A stretch of DNA of 64,000 nt from Candidatus Harrisonbacteria bacterium (GTDB lineage: Bacteria > Patescibacteriota > Minisyncoccia > UBA6257 > 1-14-0-10-44-23), in assembly GCA_023255625.1 (NCBI GenBank), contig JAHFLF010000001.1, positions 431,771-495,770 of the forward strand, in the 5' to 3' direction. The position numbers were made by a program, and so were the translations under genes. Within the stretch, counting starts at the first letter, position 1. Each line of letters starts with the position of its first letter. The notes beneath the pieces are model-generated. The model worked only from the letters and a program-made list of their open reading frames with translations, ran no database searches and was not told the DNA's origin. Of this stretch, positions 28,054 to 37,655 are shown piece after piece.

Positions 28054-29880
28054 ATGAAATTTTTAATTCACATCAAACATCCGGTGCGCTGGGCAATCGC
28101 GATTTTTATTTTTTTGCTATTGTGCGGAACTGCATTTTTTGAATATCATTATCGGGATAGATTTTTCCCGGGCGTAGTTATCGGCGGAGAGTCGCTTAGG
28201 GGGATACGGTATCAGGATGTTATAGAACGCGTAACGCGAGTTGGCGAGGGGTTAGCGCTCGACGGCATTCATGTTGTGATTAAAAGCAGGAGTGGCGATA
28301 AAACTATTATTATTCCGGAACGATCGACTGGTCTCACTCCGGATGTTGTTGTTGAATATTTTTCTGTGGGTGATAGCGAAAAAGTAGTTGACGAGGCATT
28401 TGCTCTGGGTCATACCGGCAGTTTTTGGTCTAAGCTGCTTGCTCAATATCGTTTGCTCCGCAGCGGCTATTCAAGCGAATATGATCTGACTCTGCGGGAG
28501 GAGTCGATCAGCTCAATACTCGAAAGGGAGCAACAGGAACAGTTGGCACAGCCACAAGATGCGCATCTGGTGCGGGGGACTGGCGGTTTTAAAATTGAGC
28601 CGGAAAAATCCGGCGAGCAGATTGATACCCAAGAGGTTCTTCGGGCGCTCAAGCAGTCGCTGCGGCGAATGCAGACTAATCAGTTGCAAGTTGCTGTTCG
28701 GGAAAATGCTGCACAGGTGACGGTCAAAAAAATTGAACCAATTTTAGGTTTTGCCGGTGCTCTTTCTACTATGTCGCCAATTACCTTAACATATACCAAT
28801 GGGCGTATCGTCTATCTTTCCGGTTCGCGTTTGGCCGGCTGGCTGACAGTTGACCCAAACCAGCCAGGCGTAGTGATCAAAGTTTCCGAGAAGCCGCTTA
28901 AAGAATTTGTGCAGCAATATATAGACGGCGATCTGGCCGATGCGCCTCGTAATAGCCGTTTTGCCATGGTTGGTGGGAAGCTAGTTGAGACCTCTCCGGC
29001 GCAGATTGGCACGGTTGTTGCCGTCAGGGCGCTCGCGGCGGAATTAAATACACTTTTAAATAAACTGTATGTCTCCTCGGTTTTCGGTGCGGCAGAGCAT
29101 GCGCAGTCAGTTACAATCCCAGTTTCATATCAACAGGAGTATCCGCTAGTTACCTCGTCAACGATTGCGCGCTTTAAAATTGCCGATTTATTGGGCAATG
29201 CAACGACGAGTTTTCGCGGTAGCAGTGCAGAGCGCATTAAAAATATTCGCACCGGTGTAGAACGGGCGAGCGGGATTTTGATTGCCCCGGGCAAAGAATT
29301 TTCTTTAGTCGATGCGATTGGCGAGGTTACCGAAGAAACGGGTTTTGAAAAAGAGTATGTGATTAAGGGCGATCGAAGCATCAAAGAGGTGGGCGGCGGA
29401 CTTTGCCAGTTAGCTACAACTGTATTTCGGGGTGCCATTGCGACAGGGCTGCCGATTACCGAACGGCAGAATCACAGCTATGTGGTTGGTTATTACGGGC
29501 CCGGACTGGACGCAACAATCTATGGCCCACATCCGGATTTAAAGTTTATTAATGACACGGGCAACTATCTTTTATTCCAAATGAAGATGCAGGATACGCA
29601 GCTTATTTCCGAGTTTTATGGCGTGCGCGATGGCCGAGTTGCCAATACTACCGCGCCGGTTTTGTCTGATTACATCGATCCGCCGCCAACGAAATATCTA
29701 GCTGATCTTGAGCAGACCTGGGGTCACATTGAATGTCATGACCAGCCGCGCAAGGGACTGACGGCTGTTGCAACAACAACAGTAACCTACGCAGACGGCC
29801 GTGAGCGCACGCAAGTATTCAATAGTGTGTATACGCCCTGGCCAAAAATTTGTTTGGTGGGGATTAAAGCGGGGCAGTAA
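28054..29880 (+). CDS. VanW family protein
   Basis: N-terminal TM. C-terminal VanW block (GGGLCQLATTVFRGAIATGLPITERQNHSYVVGYYGPGLDATIY). Confidence 0.75.
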   Translation: MKFLIHIKHPVRWAIAIFIFLLLCGTAFFEYHYRDRFFPGVVIGGESLRGIRYQDVIERVTRVGEGLALDGIHVVIKSRSGDKTIIIPERSTGLTPDVVVEYFSVGDSEKVVDEAFALGHTGSFWSKLLAQYRLLRSGYSSEYDLTLREESISSILEREQQEQLAQPQDAHLVRGTGGFKIEPEKSGEQIDTQEVLRALKQSLRRMQTNQLQVAVRENAAQVTVKKIEPILGFAGALSTMSPITLTYTNGRIVYLSGSRLAGWLTVDPNQPGVVIKVSEKPLKEFVQQYIDGDLADAPRNSRFAMVGGKLVETSPAQIGTVVAVRALAAELNTLLNKLYVSSVFGAAEHAQSVTIPVSYQQEYPLVTSSTIARFKIADLLGNATTSFRGSSAERIKNIRTGVERASGILIAPGKEFSLVDAIGEVTEETGFEKEYVIKGDRSIKEVGGGLCQLATTVFRGAIATGLPITERQNHSYVVGYYGPGLDATIYGPHPDLKFINDTGNYLLFQMKMQDTQLISEFYGVRDGRVANTTAPVLSDYIDPPPTKYLADLEQTWGHIECHDQPRKGLTAVATTTVTYADGRERTQVFNSVYTPWPKICLVGIKAGQ

Positions 29881-30063
29881 CCGTGTGTTCACGGAGAGTA
29901 TTGACAAGCGAGTTTGGCTAAGATCGGCAGGGATACATTTTACCGCCGCCTTTAGCCAAACTCGCTTGTCTTCAATCACAATGTTTATTTGCGGCACAGC
30001 GATTTGTTGTGCCAAGAATTTGCTTGCTTTGTCATTAAAATTTATGCTTAAATAAGCCGTATC

Positions 30064-30139
30064 GCCATCTTAGCTCAGCTGGTAGAGCAGACCCTTCGTA
30101 AGGGTAAGGTCCCCGGTTCGATTCCGGGAGATGGCTCCA
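30064..30139 (+). tRNA. tRNA-Thr (anticodon CGT), CCA encoded
   Basis: Hand fold: GCCATCT acceptor, D-arm GCTC-AGCTGGTA-GAGC, anticodon loop TTCGTAA, T-arm CCCGG-TTCGATT-CCGGG, 3' TCCA. Confidence 0.85.
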
Positions 30140-30337
30140 ATTTAAAATATAATTTGCCAGTCCGCCTAGGTTTTTGGTATACTACTATCATGTCAACAAA
30201 AACTAAGAAAAAGAATTATACAATTGCAGAAGTTAGGACTTCACTAAGCAAGTATATTGCCGTATCTACAGAGCAGCTACGCAAGGAACTGCGAGAGCGG
30301 TGGAGAATGCAAGCCAAAGAAGAGTTAAAGCAGAGGC

Positions 30338-30688
30338 ATGTTCGATCTTAGTTTTACCGTTCGCGCGCATCAGGACTTAACTGATTTTATTGATGCTTAT
30401 AAATCCGGCTTTGTTGAACTCTATTCTGATAGTGGTATTTGGTCAGAAGATACTATTCTTAAGCAGTATCAGCAGGCGGCAGAGTCATTGAAGGAGGGAA
30501 TTTTAGATTGCATTCAGTTTAGATTGGAGAAGCCAGTTGTTTTTGGACGTCATAAACAATTTGACTCGTATGAATGCATTGTGATGACCAAGGGTCGTCT
30601 TATTGATGTGATATATTCTGAAAATTTGAAACTTAAAGAACGGATCATAGAACGAATTGGAATTAATCGTAAACCTATAATTTTCTAA
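30338..30688 (+). CDS. prfB: peptide chain release factor 2, N-terminal domain 1 only (first half of an interrupted prfB)
   Basis: [17 protein letters not shown] ... [25 protein letters not shown] parallels the RF2 N-terminus (MFEIN..IQDLTER ... [21 protein letters not shown]). Ends TAA overlapping the next ATG (TAATG). Confidence 0.6.
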   Translation: MFDLSFTVRAHQDLTDFIDAYKSGFVELYSDSGIWSEDTILKQYQQAAESLKEGILDCIQFRLEKPVVFGRHKQFDSYECIVMTKGRLIDVIYSENLKLKERIIERIGINRKPIIF

Positions 30689-31422
30689 TGGATATTGTAT
30701 CTTTAATCCCAAAACTGACCGGCCCGTACGACAAGGGCAGCGTTCACCTGACCGTCCAAGCCGGCACGGGCGGGGATGATGCTAAAGATTGGGCGCAGAT
30801 GCTGCTTACTATGTACGCGCGGTTTTCCGGTGGCCAGGGATGGACGGTGAGCCAGATTGATGACAACGCGATTGAAATAAAAGGGCAGTATGCGTACGGT
30901 TTGCTGAAAAAAGAAGCCGGCGTGCATCGGCTCGTCCGTATCTCGCCATACGACGCTAAAAAGTTGCGCCACACCTCGTTTGCATTGGTTGAGGTTGTGC
31001 CGATTTTACCGGAGCTGGCCCGGAAATTAAATATTCCGTCAGAGGATTTACGCGTTGAGACGGCGCGGGCCGGCGGCCCGGGCGGGCAGAATGTGAATCG
31101 CCGCGAAACGGCCGTGCGCATTGTGCATCTGCCGACAGGCATTGCTGTAACCTGCCGTGAGGAGCGGGGGCAGCTGCAAAATAAAGAAAAGGCGATGGTC
31201 ATGCTGAAAAGCAAGCTACTGCATTTGCAGGATGTGTATCAGAAAGCAACGCTCGCGGATTTGCGCACGCACGCCAAGCCGGATTTTGGCAGCCAGATAC
31301 GCAGCTATGTTTTGCATCCGTACAAAATGGTTAAAGACCACCGGACAAAAGCCGAGACGACCCGGGCCGAAGAGGTGTTAAAAGGGGATTTGGCAAAGTT
31401 TATTGAAGCGGAGTTGGAGTAA
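30688..31422 (+). CDS. prfB: peptide chain release factor 2, domains 2-4 (GGQ), second half of an interrupted prfB
   Basis: Strong RF2 blocks: [28 protein letters not shown] (SPF-type motif), [29 protein letters not shown]. In the -1 frame relative to the N-terminal ORF. Confidence 0.85.
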   Translation: MDIVSLIPKLTGPYDKGSVHLTVQAGTGGDDAKDWAQMLLTMYARFSGGQGWTVSQIDDNAIEIKGQYAYGLLKKEAGVHRLVRISPYDAKKLRHTSFALVEVVPILPELARKLNIPSEDLRVETARAGGPGGQNVNRRETAVRIVHLPTGIAVTCREERGQLQNKEKAMVMLKSKLLHLQDVYQKATLADLRTHAKPDFGSQIRSYVLHPYKMVKDHRTKAETTRAEEVLKGDLAKFIEAELE

Positions 31423-31822
31423 TTTTTTTGTGAGGAAATACAAACCTCTCCCCAAGATGAGCAGATAAGATATTTGGCAGGAAAACCAATGCAAAGTCTG
31501 CACCAAGATGAGCAGGGATACCTTTTACTGCTCCCTATGGTGCGGACTTTGCATTGGTTGGGGTGTTGCGCTTACTTGTTGGACTCACGATTTTCTTGGC
31601 TGGGTGCATTTTCCTGGTTATCGGGTACTACGGAGCGCCGCGCGAAAGCGCATGATGCGGACAATTGCCGAAAAACCCGAGCGGGCTGTATTTGTTTCTT
31701 ACAATGGTTTGCTCTGGCACGGCAATACATACAAAATATTGCAGCAGCTAAAAAATGAGTATTGGTTAAGATCCGGGGGTTCGGGGGTGGTATGATAAGT
31801 ATGCGGATTTGCGCCGCTTGTT

Positions 31823-33148
31823 ATGCGCCAACGAAAATTTTTATTAATTTTGTTAAGTTTCTTAATTATTGAGGCAGGTTTTGGTTTTGTCATGTACCGA
31901 TTTGCGGCGCAGGCAGAGCAGCAATCGCTTCTGACGCGCGTACAGACAGTTGCCGGGGCCTTTGATGCCCGAGAGATTACGCAGCTTGCGGGCAATGAGT
32001 CTGATTCAGAAACACCAGCATATCGGTCGCTGAAGCAGCGGCTTGTTCGGATAGGCAAGGTGAACGCAGACGTTGTGTCCGTGTATGTAACGGGATACCG
32101 TGACGGTCGCGTTTTTTTCTACGCTGACTCTGTTGATAACCACGAGGTGGGCGAGGCAACGCCCGGTTTGCTTTACGAAGAGGCAACGCCGCTTTTTGTC
32201 AGTGTTTTTACTGAAGGTAAAACAATTTTTGAGGGGCCTTTGGCGGACCGGTGGGGGGAGTGGGTCTCGGCCATTGCGCCGATTGTGGACGAGAACGCAG
32301 CGGTTGTTGCCTCTATCGGAATGGATTTAGACGCAAGTGCGTATCGCGTTGGTGTTATCACAAAAACGGCGGTGCCGGTGCTTCTTCTTGGCATTCTGTT
32401 TCTTATAGCATTCATTCTTTACATCCGGTATTCAAAAAATCGCGAATTACTTGAACTAAAGTCCCGTTTTGTTTCTATTGCCTCTCATGAACTGCGTTCT
32501 CCGGTCGCCGGAATTGTTTGGGCCGCGCAGTCGCTGCAACATCGCGCCGGGGCACTGTGCGATGATGAAAGTCGGCAGACCATGCTTCTCATAGAGCAGG
32601 CCGGCAAACAGCTGGGCGGGACAGTTGAAGAAATTTTAAATTTTTCCCGGCTGGCCAGCGCAGAACATGAAAAATTCAAGATTAGCATGATTGATCTTGC
32701 CGCCCTGGTTCGTACCAGCGTACGGTCGCTGGCGCTGGTAGCCCAGCAAATGGGTGTAGTTATCACTACCAGCCCCTCGTGGCCTCTGGCAGTTAATATG
32801 CGCTGCGACAGCGAGAAGACAAAGCGGGTTTTGCTGAATCTGCTGACTAATGCACTTAAATACTCGCGTCGGGGTGGGCGGATTACTATCGGGTATTCTT
32901 TGGATGCGCACGGGCATCATGTTTCTGTCGCTGACGAGGGAGTTGGGATTCCAAAATCAGAACAGGAGAAAATTTTTAAGCCGGATTTTCGGGCTAGTAA
33001 TGTAGACAAATCGCTAATTGTTGGCAGCGGGCTGGGTCTTTATTTCGCCAGGAAGATGATGGAGGAACAGGGGGGTGCGTTACGGTTTACCTCGCACGAG
33101 GGCAAAGGAAGCATATTTTATATGGACTTGCCCGATAGGCAAGCATAG
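31823..33148 (+). CDS. sensor histidine kinase
   Basis: N-terminal TM and sensing region, internal TM, HisKA (SIASHELRSPVAGI), HATPase_c (GSGLGLYFARKMMEEQGG). Confidence 0.8.
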   Translation: MRQRKFLLILLSFLIIEAGFGFVMYRFAAQAEQQSLLTRVQTVAGAFDAREITQLAGNESDSETPAYRSLKQRLVRIGKVNADVVSVYVTGYRDGRVFFYADSVDNHEVGEATPGLLYEEATPLFVSVFTEGKTIFEGPLADRWGEWVSAIAPIVDENAAVVASIGMDLDASAYRVGVITKTAVPVLLLGILFLIAFILYIRYSKNRELLELKSRFVSIASHELRSPVAGIVWAAQSLQHRAGALCDDESRQTMLLIEQAGKQLGGTVEEILNFSRLASAEHEKFKISMIDLAALVRTSVRSLALVAQQMGVVITTSPSWPLAVNMRCDSEKTKRVLLNLLTNALKYSRRGGRITIGYSLDAHGHHVSVADEGVGIPKSEQEKIFKPDFRASNVDKSLIVGSGLGLYFARKMMEEQGGALRFTSHEGKGSIFYMDLPDRQA

Positions 33149-33186
33149 CCAGGCCGGTTTTGGTTGTTGCGTGTTATACTGAATCT

Positions 33187-33570
33187 ATGGATAAGCTGAC
33201 TATTTTGCTGATTGAAGACGACACCCTTTTGCGCTCTGCATTAGCCGGGGAGTTACGGTTTAGCAATTTTAATGTTTTGGAGGCCGAAAATGGTAAGGAG
33301 GGGTTGGCTGTAGCGCTGGCTAAGCACCCAGATTTAATTTTGCTGGATGTTGCCATGCCGGTTTTAGACGGAATTAGCGTGATGCGCAGGTTAAGAGAGG
33401 ATGTCTGGGGTAAAATTGTGAAGATTATCATGCTGACCAGTTTGAGTAGCTCTGATTTTATGATGAGCGAGATCATGAAAGGTGAGCCATCGTATTATCT
33501 GCAAAAAAATACGACCGACTTGGGCATTGTTCTCTCAAAGGTCCGCGAGGTACTGGCAGTGTCTGCATAA
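33187..33570 (+). CDS. response regulator, stand-alone receiver domain
   Basis: CheY-like fold pattern with phospho-acceptor Asp context (ILLDVAMP). No output domain. Start taken at MDKLTILLIEDD. Confidence 0.75.
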   Translation: MDKLTILLIEDDTLLRSALAGELRFSNFNVLEAENGKEGLAVALAKHPDLILLDVAMPVLDGISVMRRLREDVWGKIVKIIMLTSLSSSDFMMSEIMKGEPSYYLQKNTTDLGIVLSKVREVLAVSA

Positions 33571-33579
33571 GAGAACTCC

Positions 33580-34263
33580 ATGATCCAATTTATTAATGTT
33601 TCCAAAATTTACGAAAATAGGGCAGTTGGGCTTGAAGACATTAGCTTTACTATCAAGCCGGGCGAGTTTGTTTCTCTGGTAGGCCGATCCGGCGCCGGCA
33701 AAAGCACTCTCATCAAACTTTTGATTGGAGAAGAAAAACCGACTAAGGGGCGGATTTTATTTGGGGCTTATGAGGTTAATAAGTTGCGTAGTACCGAGAT
33801 GAGTCAGCTGCGCCGGCAAGTTGGCATCGTCTTTCAGGATTTTCGCCTGCTGGCCAATAAGACGGCTTTTGAGAATGTTGCTTTCGCGCTCGAGGTGGGC
33901 GGTCGGCCGCAATCAGAAATTGATGAATTTGTGCCCCAGGTTCTAGAGATGGTCGGGTTGCCAAGTAAGCGAAATCATTTTCCGAATCAGCTCTCCGGCG
34001 GTGAAAAACAAAGAGTTGCCATTGCCCGGGCCATGATTCATCATCCGGCTGTAGTTATCGCCGATGAGCCGACTGGTAACTTGGACGACATCAATAGCGA
34101 GGAGATTATTAAACTGCTTTTGCGGATTAACGAGCTTGGGACGACTGTGCTCCTAGCAACGCACAACAAAGAGATTGTGAATAAGTTGAAACGACGAGTT
34201 ATCTCGATGGTTGATGGGCGGATTGTGCGAGACGAACCGAATGGGAAGTATATAATTATGTGA
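33580..34263 (+). CDS. ftsE: cell division ATP-binding protein FtsE
   Basis: ABC ATPase with Walker A GRSGAGKST, LSGGEKQR signature, Walker B VIADEPTGNLD. FtsE-type N-terminus. Confidence 0.9.
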   Translation: MIQFINVSKIYENRAVGLEDISFTIKPGEFVSLVGRSGAGKSTLIKLLIGEEKPTKGRILFGAYEVNKLRSTEMSQLRRQVGIVFQDFRLLANKTAFENVAFALEVGGRPQSEIDEFVPQVLEMVGLPSKRNHFPNQLSGGEKQRVAIARAMIHHPAVVIADEPTGNLDDINSEEIIKLLLRINELGTTVLLATHNKEIVNKLKRRVISMVDGRIVRDEPNGKYIIM

Positions 34264-34283
34264 ACGCGGAGCGCTACATGATG

Positions 34284-34345
34284 GAATTTCTAATTTCTAA
34301 TTTTCAATTTCTAAACAATGCTTAATGAATCAATTTCTAATGTGC
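34284..34345. repeat. GAAATT-type module, left flank of four-helix-bundle cassette
   Basis: gaatttctaatttctaattttcaatttctaaacaatgcttaatgaatcaatttctaatg between the ftsE stop and the cassette gene. Confidence 0.75.
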
Positions 34346-34352
34346 TAATGGC

Positions 34353-34697
34353 ATGCAGTACGATTTGGAAGAGCGGACAATGAAATTTAGCAAGAGTATC
34401 ATTCAACTTGCTAAGCATTGCAGGGGGAATGATATTGTAGCGCATATTATTTTACAGCTTGTCCGGGCGGCGACGAGCGTTGGAGCAAATTATCGCGAGG
34501 CAAACGGGGCCAGCTCAAAGAATGATTTTCGCAATAAGATTTATATTTGCCGCAAGGAGATTCAAGAAGCTGAATATTGGATAGTATTGTTGGTTGAGGC
34601 ATTGCCGATTTGTAAGCAAGAAGCTATGATTCTATACAAAGAAGCGCATGAGTTGTCTCTTATTTTTAATAAAATTTCTTCTACATTAAGAAATTAA
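34353..34697 (+). CDS. four-helix-bundle protein (23S rRNA intervening-sequence protein family)
   Basis: Conserved ..QLVRAATSVGANYREANGASSKNDFRNKIYICRKEIQEAEYWIVLL.. block of this family. Inserted between ftsE and ftsX. Confidence 0.75.
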   Translation: MQYDLEERTMKFSKSIIQLAKHCRGNDIVAHIILQLVRAATSVGANYREANGASSKNDFRNKIYICRKEIQEAEYWIVLLVEALPICKQEAMILYKEAHELSLIFNKISSTLRN

Positions 34698-34735
34698 AAA
34701 TTGTTTGAAAATTGAAAATTATAAATTGAAAATTA
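34694..34735. repeat. GAAATT-type module, right flank (inverted relative to left flank)
   Basis: aaattgtttgaaaattgaaaattataaattgaaaatt. Its reverse complement matches the left flank (aattttcaatt..caaacaat). Confidence 0.75.
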
Positions 34736-34744
34736 CCCACTCCC

Positions 34745-35653
34745 TTGGCCACAACATTTTTACGAATTCTAAAATACGGGTTTCAGAGTTTCTGGCGTAA
34801 CGGCTGGCTTTCGATGGCGACCGTCCTGGTTATGGTGCTTGCCCTTATGACAATGCAGGCGCTCATGCTTTTTAATGTCGGTACGACTACGGCCGTGGCC
34901 GCTATACAGGATAAAATTGATATCGCAGTTTATTTCAAACGAGCGGCCAGCGAGGATAGCATGCTGGCTCTCAAGAAAACTGTTGAACGGCTGCCGCAGG
35001 TAAAAAATGTTGAATATGTTTCTAGCGATGAGGCGCTTGCGGATTTTAAGCAGAGGCATTTAACCGATTTAACAATCAACCAGGCGTTGGCCGAATTAAA
35101 CCAAAACCCGCTGCCCGGATCGTTAAACATCAAGGCCAATGATCCAAATGATTACGCCCTGATTGCGGCATATCTTGATAAAAATGCTCCGGCCGGACTG
35201 ATCGAAAAAGTTACCTATAGCCAGCACAAAAACGCTATCGACCGGCTGAATAAATTTGTCGATACTCTGAACCGAATGGGGCTTGCGGTTACCTTGTTTT
35301 TGGCTTTTGCCGCCAGCTTAGTGGCCTTCAATACAATCCGGCTGGCGATTTATTCCAACCGCGACGAGATTGGTATTATGCGGCTAGTTGGCGGTTCGAA
35401 TATGTTTATCAAAGGGCCGTATCTGGTTACCGGGATTATGTATGGATTTTTTGGCGCGCTCGTAGCGATTATCTTGATGGCACCGATTGCCAATATTATT
35501 AATCCATATCTGGTTCGGCTAGTGCCGGAGGTTCAGTTGGAAACTTATTTTTATGCTCACATTTTTCCGCTTTTCGGCTATATGATGCTTTTCGGGGCAG
35601 GGTTGGGAATTATTTCCAGCTGGATAGCAACTCGGAGGTATTTGCGCGTCTAA
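34745..35653 (+). CDS. ftsX: cell division permease FtsX
   Basis: TM1 - large periplasmic loop - three C-terminal TMs, FtsX-like blocks. Partner of ftsE. Confidence 0.85.
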   Translation: MATTFLRILKYGFQSFWRNGWLSMATVLVMVLALMTMQALMLFNVGTTTAVAAIQDKIDIAVYFKRAASEDSMLALKKTVERLPQVKNVEYVSSDEALADFKQRHLTDLTINQALAELNQNPLPGSLNIKANDPNDYALIAAYLDKNAPAGLIEKVTYSQHKNAIDRLNKFVDTLNRMGLAVTLFLAFAASLVAFNTIRLAIYSNRDEIGIMRLVGGSNMFIKGPYLVTGIMYGFFGALVAIILMAPIANIINPYLVRLVPEVQLETYFYAHIFPLFGYMMLFGAGLGIISSWIATRRYLRV

Positions 35654-35758
35654 TAATTGCCCAGACGGCACCGTCCATATTTTTCTGGTGAAAAATCGGT
35701 CTATACTCTCGCGCCGTCGCGCTGCGAGAATTGCCGCTAGGGCAATTATTAGACGCGC
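35645..35758. repeat. structured repeat family 'GACGGCACC-core', copy B
   Basis: Flanks gcgtctaataattgccc / gggcaattattagacgc (includes the ftsX stop codon). Core nearly identical to copy A. Confidence 0.75.
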
Positions 35759-35796
35759 AAACTAGACCTCCTTCATAAAAAAGCGAGGGATTTTAC

Positions 35797-35927
35797 TCAA
35801 GATGAGCAGGGATACCTTTTACTGCTCCCTATGAGAAAAATTTTGCTGGTTTAGAAATTAGAAATTGAAAATTAGAGATTCCCGCAGGGTTTTTAACCGC
35901 AAAAGACGCGGTTAAAAACCCTGCGGG
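35797..35927. repeat. composite: CAAGATGAGCAGGGATACC hairpin motif, GAAATT module, and 20-bp terminator hairpin overlapping the stop of the converging surface-protein gene
   Basis: caagatgagcagggataccttttactgctccctatg (also at 31498..31535). gtttagaaattagaaattgaaaattagagatt. cccgcagggtttttaaccgc aaaagac gcggttaaaaaccctgcggg. Confidence 0.6.
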
Positions 35928-37495
35928 TCGTATCCTTCTTCTGCCGGAAGAATAGTTTTTTCTTTTTTAAATTTCCAAATTGCCAGCCAGCCGAACAAAG
36001 CAATGACGGCCAGGATGCCGCCGCCAACTCCAAATCGCAGTGCAATTTGTTTTTTGATGACGGTTATGCTTTGAGATGGAGCTACTTTCGTGTAGGTTTC
36101 ATCTGCACCAACACCGTAAACGATCACATGATGTACGCCGGAGGTCAGCCCGGGAATTTCTTTAGAATGTTCTCCGGCCGGTACTCTGATGCTCCTTTCT
36201 AAGTTATGGTCATAATCAAAAATATCGATGCGATAACCATTCATCGGTTCGCCATTTGACGGGCTTTGCCATATAAAATTAGTGTTATTACTGCGCATGC
36301 CCGGGCCAATAGTTAATTCCTGGCTCTGGCCGATTGTGACAGGAGCATTTCCGCTTCCTGGCGCTCCTGTATTCGAGTTTGTAGAAGCAGACTGCCCACC
36401 GGATGAGGGCGCTGCTGTGTTAGAATTTGCCGGCGGATTTGTCGATTGATTTGTTTGGGCTGGAGTATTTGTATTAGTTGGTGTAGTTGGCTGGGTGTTA
36501 TTGGCCGGTGGTTGCACTGCGTTGTTAGTCGGCTGCTGGCTGTTTGCCGGCGGTTGCGTATTAACGGGAGTTTGCTGGGAGGCGATTGGAGTGCTGAAGC
36601 CGATTGTGTATGTGGTTAAGATTATGCTTTCTCCCTGGTTGCTAAAAATATCTGCAAAATAATTTACTCCGGGTATCAGCCCGTTAACTGTGATTGTGTG
36701 TTCGAGTTCCAGGGTCGGGTCTGTGGCGCTCGTAAAAATAAAATTTGGATTGAGTTGTGTTCGGATAGAGACACGGGAGTCAGCGGCGATGTTTGTTGTC
36801 CAGGAAAAAGTTGCCGAGGTTGCCGTAGTGTTTACGACACGAGCGTTGGTTATAGTAACATAGGACTGCTGCGGTGTGCTGGCGACCGGGGTTGAGCTGG
36901 CGGTAATTTGATCCGGATCCGTAAAAATGTAGTCCGCGCCGCTCTCTGCGGGCGCATAGAGGGCAAGTTTAAAGGTAAAGGGTTGTAGAGCCGGCCCGAT
37001 TTTAGCCGCGCCATGACTATATTGGCTAACAAAGGTTTGGTTGTGATCAAGCGTTAAAATCCGGTCAGCGCTATACAGGCCAAAGTTGGGCAAATCTGAT
37101 TCTATCTGGAGCGTATATGTTCCTGTGGCGCTAATTGCTATCGGTGTAGTCAGATTCACATGGAATTTGTATCCTCCGGGAATTTCGGCCAGGTGAGGAA
37201 GCGTAACATTGCGTACGGCAAGCTGATGAACCTCATCAGAGAGTCGTAATGTGAGGGGCCCATCCTCGCCAGTGTTATCAACCCAGAGATCAAAACCCGT
37301 CATTAAAGCGTTTACTCCAGGCGCAAAAATTTCATAGACCGGCCCAGCAGCCGAGGAGAATTCAAACCGTTGCGAGGCCCAGCCGTCTGGGGCAAAGGCG
37401 AAAAAGACAGCGTCGGCGGCGAGCGCCGGAGCAGTAGACAGTAGTAAGTAGACGGTAGACAGTATGAGAATAAAAAAGCGAGATGGGCGGTTCAT
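35912..37495 (-). CDS. cell-surface protein: signal peptide, beta-rich (FN3-like) domains, Thr/Pro/Gln/Asn-rich linker, C-terminal TM anchor
   Basis: N-terminal signal peptide, long low-complexity PTQ/N linker, C-terminal hydrophobic helix followed by KFKKEK. Confidence 0.55.
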   Translation of the reverse strand: MNRPSRFFILILSTVYLLLSTAPALAADAVFFAFAPDGWASQRFEFSSAAGPVYEIFAPGVNALMTGFDLWVDNTGEDGPLTLRLSDEVHQLAVRNVTLPHLAEIPGGYKFHVNLTTPIAISATGTYTLQIESDLPNFGLYSADRILTLDHNQTFVSQYSHGAAKIGPALQPFTFKLALYAPAESGADYIFTDPDQITASSTPVASTPQQSYVTITNARVVNTTATSATFSWTTNIAADSRVSIRTQLNPNFIFTSATDPTLELEHTITVNGLIPGVNYFADIFSNQGESIILTTYTIGFSTPIASQQTPVNTQPPANSQQPTNNAVQPPANNTQPTTPTNTNTPAQTNQSTNPPANSNTAAPSSGGQSASTNSNTGAPGSGNAPVTIGQSQELTIGPGMRSNNTNFIWQSPSNGEPMNGYRIDIFDYDHNLERSIRVPAGEHSKEIPGLTSGVHHVIVYGVGADETYTKVAPSQSITVIKKQIALRFGVGGGILAVIALFGWLAIWKFKKEKTILPAEEGYDPQGF

Positions 37496-37523
37496 TTATT
37501 TATGATACCATGGGCAAGGATTT

Positions 37524-37647
37524 GTATCGGCCCCGCGGTTTTGCCGCAGACCGGCACCGGCTATCTTTTTCTGCTGAAAAAGCGCCTGCTCTCGGCCTCC
37601 TCGGCCTGCGAGAGTGCCGCCTAGCGGCAAAACCGCTGGGCCGATAC
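37524..37647. repeat. structured repeat family 'GACGGCACC-core', copy D (diverged)
   Basis: Flanks gtatcggcccc..gcggttttgccgc / gcggcaaaaccgc..gggccgatac. Core gaccggcaccggctatctttttctgctgaaaaagcg... with compensatory changes in the inner hairpin (ctttttc/gaaaaag versus atttttc/gaaaaat). Confidence 0.65.
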
Positions 37648-37655
37648 TGATAGCG

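Noticed and set aside
30338-30360. Canonical prfB +1 programmed frameshift site (CUU UGA C near codon 25)
   Set aside because: No such heptamer is present. The N-terminus reads continuously from the ATG at 30338 in a single frame.
30154-30688. Putative Phd/YefM-RelE/ParE-like toxin-antitoxin pair next to tRNA-Thr (two small overlapping ORFs)
   Set aside because: The second ORF aligns convincingly to RF2 domain 1 ([19 protein letters not shown]..) and continues seamlessly into the RF2 C-terminal ORF. The first ORF (30154-30351) merely overlaps the prfB start out of frame and has no support.
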